In this document: one piece after another, positions 38,516 through 52,072 of the stretch
Position numbering within the stretch: the first letter of the stretch is position 1
Layout: the number at the start of each line of letters is the position of its first letter
Source of the DNA: Octopus bimaculoides
Lineage: Eukaryota
Length of the DNA: 64,000 nucleotides
Assembly (NCBI RefSeq): GCF_001194135.2
Contig: NC_068990.1
Coordinates: 41,399,454-41,463,453 of the forward strand
Direction: 5' to 3'
Made by a program: the position numbers and the translations under genes
The notes under the pieces: generated by a model
The model's database searches: none
The model's input: only the letters and a program-made list of their open reading frames with translations
What the model was told of the DNA's origin: nothing

Positions 38516-38983
38516 AAAAAAGCTTTAGTGGCTAGCGGTCGATCATAGTGGCTTATATATATATATATACAAGTGATGCTATCTGTGGGATTCTCAGCTT
38601 TTTTAGCTGCTATATCTGAACTTCGGTATGTGGTGAAGCAAATATTTGCTGATCCCTTAATTNNNNNNNNNNNNNNNNNNNNNNNNNNNNNNNNNNNNNN
38701 NNNNNNNNNNNNNNNNNNNNNNNNNNNNNNNNNNNNNNNNNNNNNNNNNNNNNNNNNNNNNNNNNNNNNNNNNNNNNNNNNNNNNNNNNNNNNNNNNNNN
38801 NNNNNNNNNNNNNNNNNNNNNNNNNNNNNNNNNNNNNNNNNNNNNNNNNNNNNNNNNNNNNNNNNNNNNNNNNNNNNNNNNNNNNNNNNNNNNNNNNNNN
38901 NNNNNNNNNNNNNNNNNNNNNNNNNNNNNNNNNNNNATCCACTGATTATTGAAACAAGTATAAGACAAAATATATCTTGAACT

Positions 38984-39027
<44 letters not shown>

Positions 39028-39630
39028 CATATTAATTGTGTGTGTGTATGTTTGTATGTGTGCGTGTGTGTGTGTGCGTGTGCGTGTGTGTGTGTGAGTG
39101 TGTGTGTGTGTGTGTGTGTGTTTGTGTGTAGGAAAACAATCGGTGAAATCACCTTATAGTCTAACGCTTCAAACAATCACATTTGCCGTCTTTCTGAATA
39201 TTCTGTGAAGTTTTCAAGACGCATACATCGTGTATTTGACTATTAAATGATTCCATGTGATGTAGTGTCGTTCAGCGCTAACGAAATTTTAGCTAATGTT
39301 GAACTAAATCATACAGATATAAAATATTTCAATTATGAAATTTAATCCTATTATATAATATGAAATCACAAGCTCCATCAAACTGCTGAATGCTATTATT
39401 TCGTTTGCTTGCTCCTTTAGTGGTTAAATATTGGAATGTTGTGATACATGTACACACACTTACATGATCCCCTATACATAACAATGTAGTCACAACACCC
39501 TTCCACTATGTAATCAATGGCTGCACATCTATTAGTTTATATACAGTTCTTTCACATATTAAAATTGATATGTTTGTAACTGAATTTGTCAATGTATATG
39601 CGTGTGTATATGTGATCAAGCGGCAAGCTA

Positions 39631-39667
<37 letters not shown>

Positions 39668-39677
39668 NNNNNNNNNN

Positions 39678-39714
<37 letters not shown>

Positions 39715-39717
39715 ATA

Positions 39718-39898
39718 TTTCACCGTATATTGACTATAGAAAATAGTCAAATATTAGGGCATAGAAAGCCCCCACTGCAAAAAAAGTGAGCATTAGCGTG
39801 CGTGGGATGCCCATTCCCACACGTACCAATGCTCACTTTCTCTCATGGACTTGTATGCCCTTATATTAGATCTCCTCTATCGTCAATATGCGGTGAAA
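39718..39898. mobile_element. Palindromic MITE, intact
   Basis: TIRs tttcaccgtatattgactatag and ctatcgtcaatatgcggtgaaa; inner stem aaagtgagcatt/aatgctcacttt. Confidence 0.85.
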
Positions 39899-40194
39899 GC
39901 TTATAATTATATTTACAAAAGTTTCACTTGTTATCGTTTCTTAACTTAGGCAGAGTATCAATATTCATGCACACGCACACACAGACACACACACACATAC
40001 ACATACACACACATACATGCACTCTCACAGCTATAAAAACGGACAGTTATGAACATAACCATTGCTCAGCCGCTTAGTTGTACCGCTATGTCCTTTAAAA
40101 TATGCCTGCGGAAGTAGAACAGATCGGGATCCATACCTGTGCAATATTAACATAGCATTCACAATAACAACGACAATAACTACATTTAACCATT

Positions 40195-40410
40195 GGTATA
40201 TTTTACTTACTTTAGTCATTAAAATGCAGCCATGCTGGGACACAGCCTTCAAAGGTTTTAGTCGAAGAGATGGACCCTAATATTCTTTGTTTCGTTTTTG
40301 AAAGTTAGGTACTTATTCTATCGGTTCTCTTGCCGAATTGCTTTGTTTAGAGGACGTGAACAAAATGATATCGGTTGTTAAGCGATGATAGGAGGAAAAC
40401 AGAAAGACAG
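40195..40410 (-). mobile_element. SINE family A 3' half, diverged
   Basis: gcagccatgctggga...ggtacttattctatcggt. Confidence 0.7.
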
Positions 40411-41520
40411 CAGAAATCTTGTGTTGTGTCTTCATTATCATGTTTCAGCTTCATGGATGAAGGTTCATGCTGCATGAAGTGGGCTGTCCTTGTTTGCATC
40501 AGGCTCACTCATCGCTGGCAAGGCCAATAAAGGGCAGGTAATCCTAGCCGTTAAACTGCTAGGGAAATTCAGTGCTAGGTTCAATGCCGGTATTTCACGG
40601 TCCCTTCTTTAATGTTGCTGTGTCTTCGAAGCCAGTTTCAAGAAAGTGGGATCTTGAAGGAAGGTGAGAGACCGTTGAATATTGTGCCAGATATAGCTAG
40701 CAAGTAAAACATGGGTGCAATTGTTGGTATGGATTATAATCTTATGAAAATCTTGTGATAGTGATGTTACTAAAGCCACATAAGTCTTTAGTGGGAACAC
40801 TGAATAAATCGTGGTAGCCAGTGGAATTGTGGTGAAGAATTTAACTCTAATATAAAAGTATAGTCGTGTGATGTTAAAATGAAGCAAATTATAGTTTCAT
40901 AATGGCTGTTGCAACGTTTAGGCAACAAAAGAACTTTAGTAAACACACTATCACAGTTTAGTTCGTGTGATTAAGGAAGCCCATAAATATTCTCTTCCCA
41001 TTTACTTTTTATTCGAACTGGTGACAACAACGAGAAACAGCCTAATTCGGTATGAAAATGGCGATGGTCAGGGAACTAGTTTCATGAAAATTATATTAAA
41101 ACAAGTAAGAATATAGAGAGAATCTTAGTTCGGTAGGAAAATAGCAAACATGCATTACAGGTGGATGTAGTTAGGTGGTCGACGGTACTGAGATTGAAGG
41201 ATATCATCAATACGTGAATAGAATAATCTTGAATAAAGTAAAGCAGTTGAGCCGGTGTGTATGGAAGTTAAACACCAGCCTAGTGGCTGATAATTGTAAC
41301 AGTTACATGTATATTTGAACAAGGGAACTGGACAGATATTCTCAGTGATTGTTACATCAATCTACTTACTGACTGATGTCTATTGTTGAGGTGTTTACTA
41401 ACCTATTATCCAGGTTATATTTACAACTCTCTAGTTCATTAGTCCAATATCTCAATGGAAAAAATACATTGGCATCTGCAGATCTCTTCTCCATTGCATT
41501 GGTAACCGAGTTAGAATCAT

Positions 41521-41597
<77 letters not shown>

Positions 41598-41772
41598 TAC
41601 ACACATTCATACATATACATTATAATATTATATAATAAATTATATTATTGTATTATTTTATATTATATCATATTATATTATATTATATAACACACATGTA
41701 CACACGCATGTCAATACTCTTATACTTCACTCATTATGCCGTATATTTGTTTATTCAATATGTAGCTCAAAC

Positions 41773-42203
41773 AAGGCAGTGAGCTCGCAGAAATGTTAGC
41801 ACACCGGGCGAAATGCTTAGCGGTATTTCGTCTGCCGCTACGTTCTGAGTTCAAATTCCGCCGAGGTCGACTTTGCCTTTCATCTTTTCGGGGTCGATTA
41901 AATAAGTACCAGCTACGCACTGGGGTCGATATAATCGACTTAATCCGTTTGCCTTTCCTTGTTTGTCCCCTCAGTGTGTAGCCCTTTGTGGGCAGTAAAG
42001 AAATAAGAAGCGTTAGCACGCCGAACAAAATGCATAGCGGTATTTCGTCTGATTTTACGTTCTGTGTTCAAATTCCGCCGAGGTCGACTTTACCTTTCAT
42101 CATTTCGGCGTCGATAAATTAAGTACCAGCTACGTATGGGGTCGATCTAATCGACTGGCACCCCTCCCCCCAAATTTCGGATCTTGTGCCTAGAGTAGAA
42201 AAG
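41773..42203 (+). mobile_element. Dimeric SINE family C with 16-bp TSD
   Basis: Two tandem monomers; aatatgtagctcaaac at 41757-41772 and 42204-42219. Confidence 0.92.
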
Positions 42204-42948
42204 AATATGTAGCTCAAACGAATAATACCTATCTAGGTACTGACATCTAAGATCTCAGTTGACCAGTAGATTCAGTGGATGGTATCAAATAAGGTTAAAT
42301 TGACATCACTAGATTTAAAAAGAAGCCTGCAAGTCATTGTCCTCCATTTTTAATTTTCTGACATATCACAAGGTAAGTGAGAATATTAATAGTAAAGAAA
42401 CTTACGTAATTAAAAACGTCTGAAAAATGCCCGAGGCCCCTAATATTTAGTTGAGCAGCATTAGAGCTCATGAAACGTGGTGCAACATTCTACATATTAC
42501 ATAACATGCTACAATGTCAGAAAAATATAAAGGAAAATAATAAAATAATGGAAAATTTGGGCCCTAAAACTGTGATAAAAAGCATTTGTAATTATTTCGT
42601 TTCGAAATAGAATTGATAGTTTTTTTTTTCTTTTTATCTTCCTGTCTTTTTCTCTTTTTTTTCTGTATTTTTCTTGTATTTGATTTTATTAAGTTATTCA
42701 TGTTTACTTCTTTCTTTCTTTCTTTCTACTTTTTTTTTTACTTCCTTTCCTGTATTTTTTTCTTTCTTCTTTCTCCATTACTTTCAGTTTAGAATTTGCT
42801 TTTTCATTTCATTCTTTTTTTTATTTCATTTTGTAGTCTTTCAATTTTAATATCTTTTCTTTGAGTCTCCTGCTTTTCCTCCCTTATAACTGCATCTCTT
42901 TCTTTCTCTCCCTCTCTCTCTCTGTCTGTCTCTCTTTCTCTCCCTCTC

Positions 42949-42998
<50 letters not shown>

Positions 42999-43300
42999 CA
43001 GTCACATACATGCATATATACTATATACTTATAGACATACATATATACATGTATACGTATAATATATATATCATATAACAGAATATGATATTATATACAT
43101 ATGTAAGTATATATGTGTGTGTATATATATATATGTACGTACGGCATTAATGACAAAAAGTCGTGCAGCCTTTAGGCCAGCTCTTAGATAATAAACATTT
43201 TTTATGAGTCTATGTCTAAGCTGGTATATGAATATGTACGTTTAAGAACTTCCGTACATACATGCACACTCGCATATATCCTATACACGGACACATACAT

Positions 43301-43332
<32 letters not shown>

Positions 43333-43455
43333 TGTATGTATGTATGAATGTATGTATCTATATGCATGTGTGCGTGAATATATTTATTCGCGCACGCATA
43401 CTCACACTATCTCTCTGCTCCATTACTCCTGTCACTCTTACTTACTCTCTTTCCC

Positions 43456-43497
<42 letters not shown>

Positions 43498-44294
43498 ATC
43501 GGCTATGCGAAGGCTCTCAAACAGCCGGTAAACCATTGGTCAACCATCTCTTTCATAACCAAGGTAAAAGAATTGGTTGCTTTGTAGTCAAGGTAAGAAA
43601 GTAAAAGAAAAAAGTATATTCACTTACTGCAGCAAATTGCAGGAGCACTGCATAAATGACACGGCTCTTATTTTACAGTACAGTTTCTAAATGTTTAAAT
43701 ATTTAATTTAAGCAGTTTTGACATCAAAGGGCTGATTTACTCTAGTTACAATGCGCATGAGGACGAAGTTTATTAGGTCAGCGACGAAGTCCCTCTGGAG
43801 GTTTTAATATTTGCTGAATCTGAATTAAAAGGAGCAGTGCCTCTTCTTCCAGGCCCTCTGAAACCGACCTGCTTGAAGCCGTTAATCTTCTCTTTAGATT
43901 GTTGTAAATCAGCAAATGTTTGTAGAACACAAGCTGGGAAGAAAAGCTAGGGTGATGGTTGTCAGTAAATAGACAGACTGAGTATAGAGGTTAGCGTGGG
44001 ACATGTGGTTGATGCGCTGTTCGATGAAAAAGTACCGAAAAGTAAAGAGACGGGTGAGACCGAATGAAGGAAGTACAAGATTAGCAACCCTACCCCGTGT
44101 GACAGAGGGATTACAGAAGACAGATAATGGCACAGAAAGCCAGGGACGTTTCGGCGAATCTGCCTTAACTTACGCCATGCCTTCTAAACTGAAGGACATA
44201 GAGAATAGCATTTATGGTATTCAGGATGGTGATGGTGAGAGAACAACTTGATCACCTACACGTTTGATCAAGTAACACAGCAACATCTATTATA

Positions 44295-44517
44295 ATGGTT
44301 TGAAATTTTTGGCACAACCAGCAAAACCAGCAATTTCGGGGTATGTAGTAAGTCGATTACATCGACCCCAGTGTCAAACTGGTACTTACTTTATCGACTC
44401 CAAAAGAATGAAAAGCAAAGTCAATCTCGGTGGAATTTGAACTCAGAACGTAAAGGCAGACCAGATGCGACTAAGCATCCTGCTCGCCGTGCTAACGATT
44501 CTGCCATCTCGCTGCCT
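44295..44517 (-). mobile_element. SINE family C monomer, tail variant
   Basis: Reversed head gaggcagcgagatggcagaatcgttagcacg; tail ttgtgccaaaaatttcaaacc. Confidence 0.88.
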
Positions 44518-44537
44518 CACAAACTACTATAATAATG

Positions 44538-44759
44538 TTTTCTACTCTAGGCACAAGGCCTGAAACTTTGGGGGAGGGGGCCAGTCAACAGTCAATTAGA
44601 TTGACCCCAGTACGCAGCTAGTACTTAATTTATCGATCCCGAAAGGATGAAAGGCGAAGTTGACCTCGGCGGAATTTGAACTCAGAACATAAAGACAGAC
44701 AAAACACTATAAACATTTCGTCAGGTGTGCTAACGTTTCTGCCAGCTCGCCGCCTTAAG
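44538..44759 (-). mobile_element. SINE family C monomer with 14-bp TSD
   Basis: ctactataataatg at 44524-44537 and 44760-44773. Confidence 0.92.
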
Positions 44760-47460
44760 CTACTATAATAATGAAATAGTGAAACTGTTACATTCCAACG
44801 CATTGTATTATTTCTCCTTAATTCAGCTACTCACTTTTGCCCTGTTTATAAAGCCGGAGCGTTATCCCCTAATGTAGCAAAGATATCAGCATGAATGTCC
44901 TTGGGGGCTAAACCCTTTTTCTGCAGTTCTTGATAACACCATGATGCTAAACTTTGTCCAATATCAGGAGAAGTCACTACTAGTTACATCTGAAGTCTTC
45001 TTTGAACAGTTAGTTTACCCGGAACGAAACGATGTAGTTATAAATAAGAAGTTTTGAAATTAATGCATGCTAGATTTCATAGCTCTAGCATCACTCGTTC
45101 ATAGTCAGCCTATGAACATTGTACGTAGATGTATGCACGCACTCACACACGGAATTCCCAATCAAATGAGTAGACGTTAGTGTTCTTGTTTAATTCAAAG
45201 TCAAACCTAATCGATTCTAGCTATTACAGATATGACCATCCCGAATATTTGTTACATTACCAGTACTACACTGAGGAATGTATCTTAGATTTTTCAAGAG
45301 GACAGGTTATTATTTTTTTTTTAGTGGGTCATACGTCTAAGCCACGGCACCTGTTATTGCTTAACTCTGGCCGATTAAGCAGAACTGAATTTCTGGTAAA
45401 ATTTCGTTGTAGACAAATCTACTTATTTTTTCATATAGTTTCATTTTGTGGAAGAATCTGGTCGTTCATTTTATTTGGTGAAGCGACTACGACAGCATAG
45501 ATGGCCCTCTTGCAAATCTGCTGCTAGATAACTTCCGCCAACTCAGCATGAGTAAGTCCCTGACACGAATTAACCATTTAATACAACATGGTCAGACATA
45601 AGAAGGACTCTCAACAAAGACATTTATTTTCATTGATGGGGAGCGCCGTCTGTATCACCTTGGGAACAATCATCACTTCCGGTCGTGACTCGTGCTGAAT
45701 GCAAGTGATTCTTGGCGTCGGACAACAGTGGACACCATATAATGTGTGTGTGCCTGTGTGTGTGTGTGTGTGTGTGCCTCTGTGTGTGTGTGTTTTACTA
45801 TCGACACCACCGCACCAGCAGTGGTGAGAGCCTTCTCACACTGTATAGTAGTCAGCTGACTCCTTGCGGAGCTGCTGCTGTTACTGCTGCTGCTGCTGTT
45901 GTTTTTGTTGTTTCTAATGTTACCGATGCTACTGTTGTCTTTTCTATCTCTTTCTTCCTCTCCTAATAAATTACAGCGAGTTCTGGAAAGGTAGTAAAAG
46001 GGTGGATAAAGAATTACGACGAATACAGAGAAGGGTATTGAAGGGGGTGGACTGATAAGAATAGCTGTTCTAACTCTTATAAATTCTGCGGTGTAGTGAA
46101 AGGAGAAGTTGTGTTTATGAAAGGACGAGTTTTTTGGACGGCACTTGTCTTTGGAAAGGTTTCCGCCGAACTGTTAAACGCATTGATCGTCTGTCATTGG
46201 CAAAGGCATAAAGATACGCTGGTATGGTGGCATTGCTTTCTGGTGGACAGTGTTGAAAGCCACATGAAAGCAAACCACTTGAACAGATAACAATGATACG
46301 AAGGAAGTGAACTATAATAATGACAATTATGACGACGACTACGACGACGACGACGATGACGACGACGACGACTGCGGCGGCAACGGCAGCGGTGGCAGCA
46401 GCGACGACAACGAAGATGGTGACGTCGAAAAAGAAAACATGAAGGAAAATAACAATATCAAAAGTAATGATACGTTACTCTGGCTTAAGGCCTCGATTGT
46501 TGTTGTTGTTTATCATCCCGATGTAGTAGACCTATGTTAAAAGATCATCCACCTTGACCAACCCGTATAACAGTAGCTAATTATTTCAAAGTGATGATTT
46601 ATTGAATGACGTACACACAAAAGGTTCTCAGTTAATAGAAATTTCCTTCCTGTGGAGAAAAAGGGGGTAGATAAGTCAAAGAAATTTTAAAAATTAGTCC
46701 TAGAAAGTTAATTCACATTCTTTGAGAAAGGACAATTCGAGCATTCTTCACAAGCAAAGAGAAACTCTGGATTAAAATACGTCCAAGCTGTTTCTTGCTT
46801 GTAGCTAAATATCAGACGTTCCTCTAAGAATTTTAATAAATTTTGAGAAGATATCGGCAGGCGGAAACCTTAGGGAAGCATATTTATATATTTTCGCGTA
46901 TTTTCTCTCTACGCATTCACTGTTACTCCCCTTTTCTAACTCGAACTATGCTTTCAGTATTTCATTTATAGTATCTGATTTAAACTTATTGATGTGGTAG
47001 AGGAATTGTAAGTGTAAAATTTATTCAACACGAATCTGTCTTTATTTTTCTCTCTCTACCTCTCTCACTCTCTATATACATACATACATACATATATGTA
47101 TATGGTTTTAATTTTAAAGGGATGTAGACTACTTGCTGCATTGGGTCTTTTGAATGTGATAAGGATAAAGATGAATTCCTCTTCCTTGACCTCCATTATT
47201 TTCTTCTAAATTATAGTAGGCTTTACGTATTTTTACCCTAAATTCATTTTACTACAATAATATCAAAAAAGTGCAATGTAACTATTTTAGTCTCTAGCAT
47301 TGATGAAAAATTTGCTAAAAAGTTATAACAGAGTATCCTGTATGTTAGAAATCTATATGGTCGTATGCGTCCGAGGAGAGCGGTTTATTTCAAATTGATG
47401 TACTATTTGCATTGATCCATTAAACGGAGCCGCTTGAAACAGCTGTAATGCACTGATACC

Positions 47461-48240
47461 TGGACACCCACACCAAGCTCTTCATCCCCTACTCCCAATT
47501 CCTCCGTCTACGAAGGTTCTGCAGTGACAATCATGACTTTGAGACTCACCACTGTCCCCTAACCGCTATCCACACAGCCCTTGCCAAGGCATGTTCCGTG
47601 GACCGTGCCTCTGCTCTCTCTCCCCGCACCGACTCGCCGTTGCCCGTCTTCCGTTTCCCCTAACCTACTACCCCTCCACCCTTCCCCTCCAACGTATCAT
47701 TCTCCGAGCCTTCCGGCGACTCTAGTCCGAACCCTCCACCTCGGACATCTTCCCTAACCTGCCCCTTCCCTACTTCAAACGATCCCACAACCTGCGTGAC
47801 TTCCTGGTTCACAATTGTTTCCCTAACCCCACCTCCCAGCCTGGCTCGTTCCCCTGCTCCCGCCCATGCCTCCACACTTGCCCCTACCTCTCCAGCACCA
47901 CCATCCTCACAGGCACCCATCATCGTCCCTATCATATCACTGACTCCTTTACCGGCACTTCTTGCAACGTCATTTACTGCATTTCCTGCTCTTTCTGCCC
48001 TTCTCTGTACATCGGTTAAGCGGGACATCGCTTGGCTGACCGGTTCGAGGAGCATCTCCGAGACATCAGATTCGTGCTATTTCCGCTCTACCGATCATTC
48101 ACTATAGCACCTGTCTGTGCTCGTATTGTCTTTGCACAGGGGCCATATGGACTCCTGTTTTTTCCGTGAACAGGAATTGATCTTCTCTCTTTGCTCCTTT
48201 GTGCCACATGTGCTCAATTCCCCTCCTCTCTTCACCTGAC
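47461..48240 (+). pseudogene. Penelope-like element remnant (RT C-terminus/linker plus GIY-YIG)
   Basis: Manual translation with frameshifts: IPYSQFLRLRRFCS...PLTYYP...QRIILRAFRRL...NLRDFLVH...PGSFPCSRPC..TCP...NVIYCISCSFCPSLYIG*..RLADRFEEHLRDI...REQELIF. Confidence 0.92.
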
Positions 48241-48244
48241 TCCC

Positions 48245-48345
48245 CTTCCATCATCTCTTCATCTGACTCCCCTCCCCTCCTCTCTTTATCTGACTCCCCT
48301 CCTCTCTTTATCTGACTCCCCTCCTCTCTTTATCTGACTCCCCTC
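48245..48345 (+). repeat. 21-bp tandem repeat (cctctctttatctgactcccc) at the PLE 3' end
   Basis: Three near-exact and two degenerate units. Confidence 0.85.
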
Positions 48346-48778
48346 TCCTCATCTCTTCACTCCTCCTCACCTCTTCTCTCCTCTCTTCATCTGACAGCTA
48401 CTTCTCTTCACTCCTACCCACCTTCTCTCATCATTGATAACAGAGCCCCCACACACATAACACCCCACACTACCCCCGCATCCCCATCCAACCCACATCC
48501 CACCCTATACACCCCTAACCCTACACCTACACNNNNNNNNNNNNNNNNNNNNNNNNNNNNNNNNNNNNNNNNNNNNNNNNNNNNNNNNNNNNNNNNNNNN
48601 NNNNNNNNNNNNNNNNNNNNNNNNNNNNNNNNNNNNNNNNNNNNNNNNNNNNNNNNNNNNNNNNNNCCTCACACCCTCACACCATCATCCACACACCCAC
48701 ACGTTATAGACGCACACACTTGCACACACGTCAAAGTCACTAGCTCCTATCCATACACACACACACACATTCTCACAT

Positions 48779-48822
<44 letters not shown>

Positions 48823-48929
48823 CACGCGCACCTTCGTTTTGGGATCACCAATACTTTATTATCTTCTCTTCTTTCAATGTCTCCTGTGAAACTATTTTCT
48901 TCTTTCTAACAAGTTTTTTAGTCTCTCTG

Positions 48930-49070
48930 TTTATTTTCTCTTATTCCTTTCCGTTGAAGAGCGTAGGCTGGAAACATAAAATACGTTTTCCCTTTGCAGA
49001 GCGTCAAACTATTACACCTGCTTTTTGTTCATACACCGGTTTCGTCTTTTGTTTTTCTGTAAATTTCAAC
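48930..49070 (+). mobile_element. Repeat E, second copy
   Basis: ccgttgaagagcgtaggctggaaacataaaa...gagcgtcaaactattacacctg. Confidence 0.6.
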
Positions 49071-51221
49071 GCCCTCTCTCTCTCTCTCTCTTTGTCTATA
49101 TATATATATATTCTTTTATTCTTTAACTCGTTTCACTCATTTGACTGTGGTCATCCTGGAGCACCGACTTTTGTCGAGCAAATCGACCCCAGGTTGCCGC
49201 AGATTTTGTCGATGAAGATATAACTGTCGAATTGGGCGCGTTTTTCTTTTTATTTGTGTGCGTGACGTTGTTTCGGTTACCTCTAAGAGCTTTACGTTGG
49301 TTACATAGCTGATCTACAGCTTGATTTATTTTGTTGGTTGTTCACTACTGCTATGTTTACTGCATGTGTACCACTGTCATCATGACTACCAAAACACTAT
49401 GGTATCTGGTACCTATGTTGTGCCCCGGTACACTCTTACCTGCATTTCTGTGCTCTATTGATTGATTGACCTTACGGCGCTAAGCTCGACACCTTTTACC
49501 GAAAGTGTTAGCTGGTAAGCTTCTCTCCGGTACCATATCTTAAGATCAACGCTCATTTATATACCATCGGCTTGCACCAGTTCATAGTTGAAAAGGTGAT
49601 ACAGGAGATACACCTATTGTCGTTGTGGAACTATGTTCAGGTAGCATGGACATAACAGCGTGATGTATGCACCTCCGAGATACGGAAACACACGCGCGCA
49701 CACACACATACCTACACGTGTATCTGTGTATGTTGGGGGCGGCACTGACAATATATTCGAAATTTTATTTGTAAAGAGAGTTACCATCATATGTTTAATA
49801 AAATATAGTTAGCCTCGATCTGAAAATAAACCGTGTGTTTAATCTCGAGACTCTGGATAAACGGTGTGATCGACTGGTTTCAGTTTTTGCTAAACTTTCG
49901 TCAGGATTCACTTCTTTCCAGACAATGTAGTGTTATTACACAAATGCATATAAAATCAGAATTGACCTGGCAATATTTACATAGCAGCAGTAAGTTAGCG
50001 GTGCATATGAATGGACTGGAGCCTGACCGAATGTGTTTCACATTAAATTTGTAAACAGACTTGCAACCATGTGGGTAGAATAATCATACATACCTTGCGC
50101 GCGCGCGCGTGTGTGCGTGCGTGCGTGCGTGCGCATGAAGAAGAAGAAGATGAAGAAGAGGAAGAAAGGCTGCTTTGTGCGGCCTAGAATGGCTTGATGA
50201 GTGTATTATGTAATTTTTACTAAGCCCACGGAACAGTCTATAGCCAATAACCATTGTAATCTAACAGATTATTGTATTACACAATTAAGCCCCATCAATC
50301 AGCCTTGAGTGCTTTCGTTTCATATATACGTTAAACTCGTTTCTATTGATACGCACATTTGCAGACATATACATATATATATGAGATATTTAGATAGATA
50401 AATAGATAGAAGAGAGATATAAATAGATGAAGAAAGAATAATGAAAAAAAAAAAAACTATTGCTTTACAATAATATATTATTATATGTATGTATGTATGT
50501 AGTGTAGAATATGAGAGGGAAGGATAGACGACCAAGGCAGAGACTGAAATGAAAGGTTCAGCAGATAAAAAACGACAGGAAAAGAGTGTTTTGTATTGAA
50601 GGGACACGGAAAGTAAAAGGACCGGATATGAGTGAAATGTAATAATATCTGAGGAGGTAAGGCAGAGGAAGAGAACTAGGGGTGGAGTCAATGTTATTTG
50701 TCGCTTTAGAAAACTTTCTGGAGGTCTGCATTGACGGAGGGTGAATGGGCGTTCTGTGTAAAGTAGGATATTAATTTGGACTTTTAAAAAAAATAAATTG
50801 AAAAGGACTCCGTGTGTTTAGAATGCTTAGAAGTACACAGTCCACTGTACACATACTCCTACTATATATATATATATATATATATATNNNNNNNNNNNNN
50901 NNNNNNNNNNNNNNNNNNNNNNNNNNNNNNNNNNNNNNNNNNNNNNNNNNNNNNNNNNNNNNNNNNNNNNNNNNNNNNNNNNNNNNNNNNNNNNNNNNNN
51001 NNNNNNNNNNNNNNNNNNNNNNNNNNNNNNNNNNNNNNNNNNNNNNNNNNNNNNNNNNNNNNNNNNNNNNNNNNNNNNNNNNNNNNNNNNNNNNNNNNNN
51101 NNNNNNNNNNNNNNNNNNNNNNNNNNNNNNNNNNNNNNNNNNNNATATATATATATATATATACATACATACTATATATATATATACATATATACATATA
51201 TATATATATTTATATATATAC

Positions 51222-51268
<47 letters not shown>

Positions 51269-51338
51269 CATACACATACATAAACACACACTCACACGCA
51301 CACACACGCACGCAGGCACACACACCACACACACACAA

Positions 51339-51369
<31 letters not shown>

Positions 51370-51440
51370 CATACAGACACGTGCGCACACACATGAATTA
51401 TACCAACGAGAATTAAAATAAACAATAACAAATACATGTG

Positions 51441-51493
<53 letters not shown>

Positions 51494-51943
51494 TGTACGC
51501 GTGAATGTATGTGTGTAATAGCATACGCATACAGACACGCTCACGCATACTCATAGCTATCAAGCTATTTACCTAGAAATCTATTCACCTGCCTGTCAAA
51601 ATTTACCTGCTGTCTGTATTGTAATCTATGTTATCACATAAACGTGTGCACGCACACGTACACCACACACACACACACACACAGACACACAGACACGCAC
51701 ACACATATACGTGTATGTGTGTATATGCGTGTGACATTATAGATAGGTAGGTAGATAGATATACGCAAATGTTTATATACGTATGTTTTAGTGTGTGTGC
51801 GTATGTGTGTGTGCGTGTATACATATACATATATACACGCACACACGCACTTACATACACATGCGCACATACATGCACACACATGATGGAAAGAGAGAGA
51901 AGGAGAAGGAGTGAGAGAGTGTATGAGGAACAGAGGGATAGAG

Positions 51944-51978
51944 TGACGGGGTGACAGGGTGACAGGGTGACAGGGTAA
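51944..51978 (+). repeat. (GTGACAGG)n 8-bp tandem repeat, about 4 units
   Basis: Direct inspection. Confidence 0.8.
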
Positions 51979-52040
51979 CAAACAATAGAATCTGTGTGAA
52001 GTAAGTTGGTCGTTGTTTCGGGTGGATATAACGTGGATTG

Positions 52041-52072
<32 letters not shown>

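Noticed and set aside
40449-40537. Plus-strand tttcag...cag|gtaatc exon-like interval
   Set aside because: Stops in all three frames.
46307-46540. Acidic 77-aa ORF
   Set aside because: Built on a (GAC)n repeat; no other support.
47660-48107. Track ORFs of 131 and 103 aa
   Set aside because: Off-frame or antisense readings of the frameshifted Penelope ORF.
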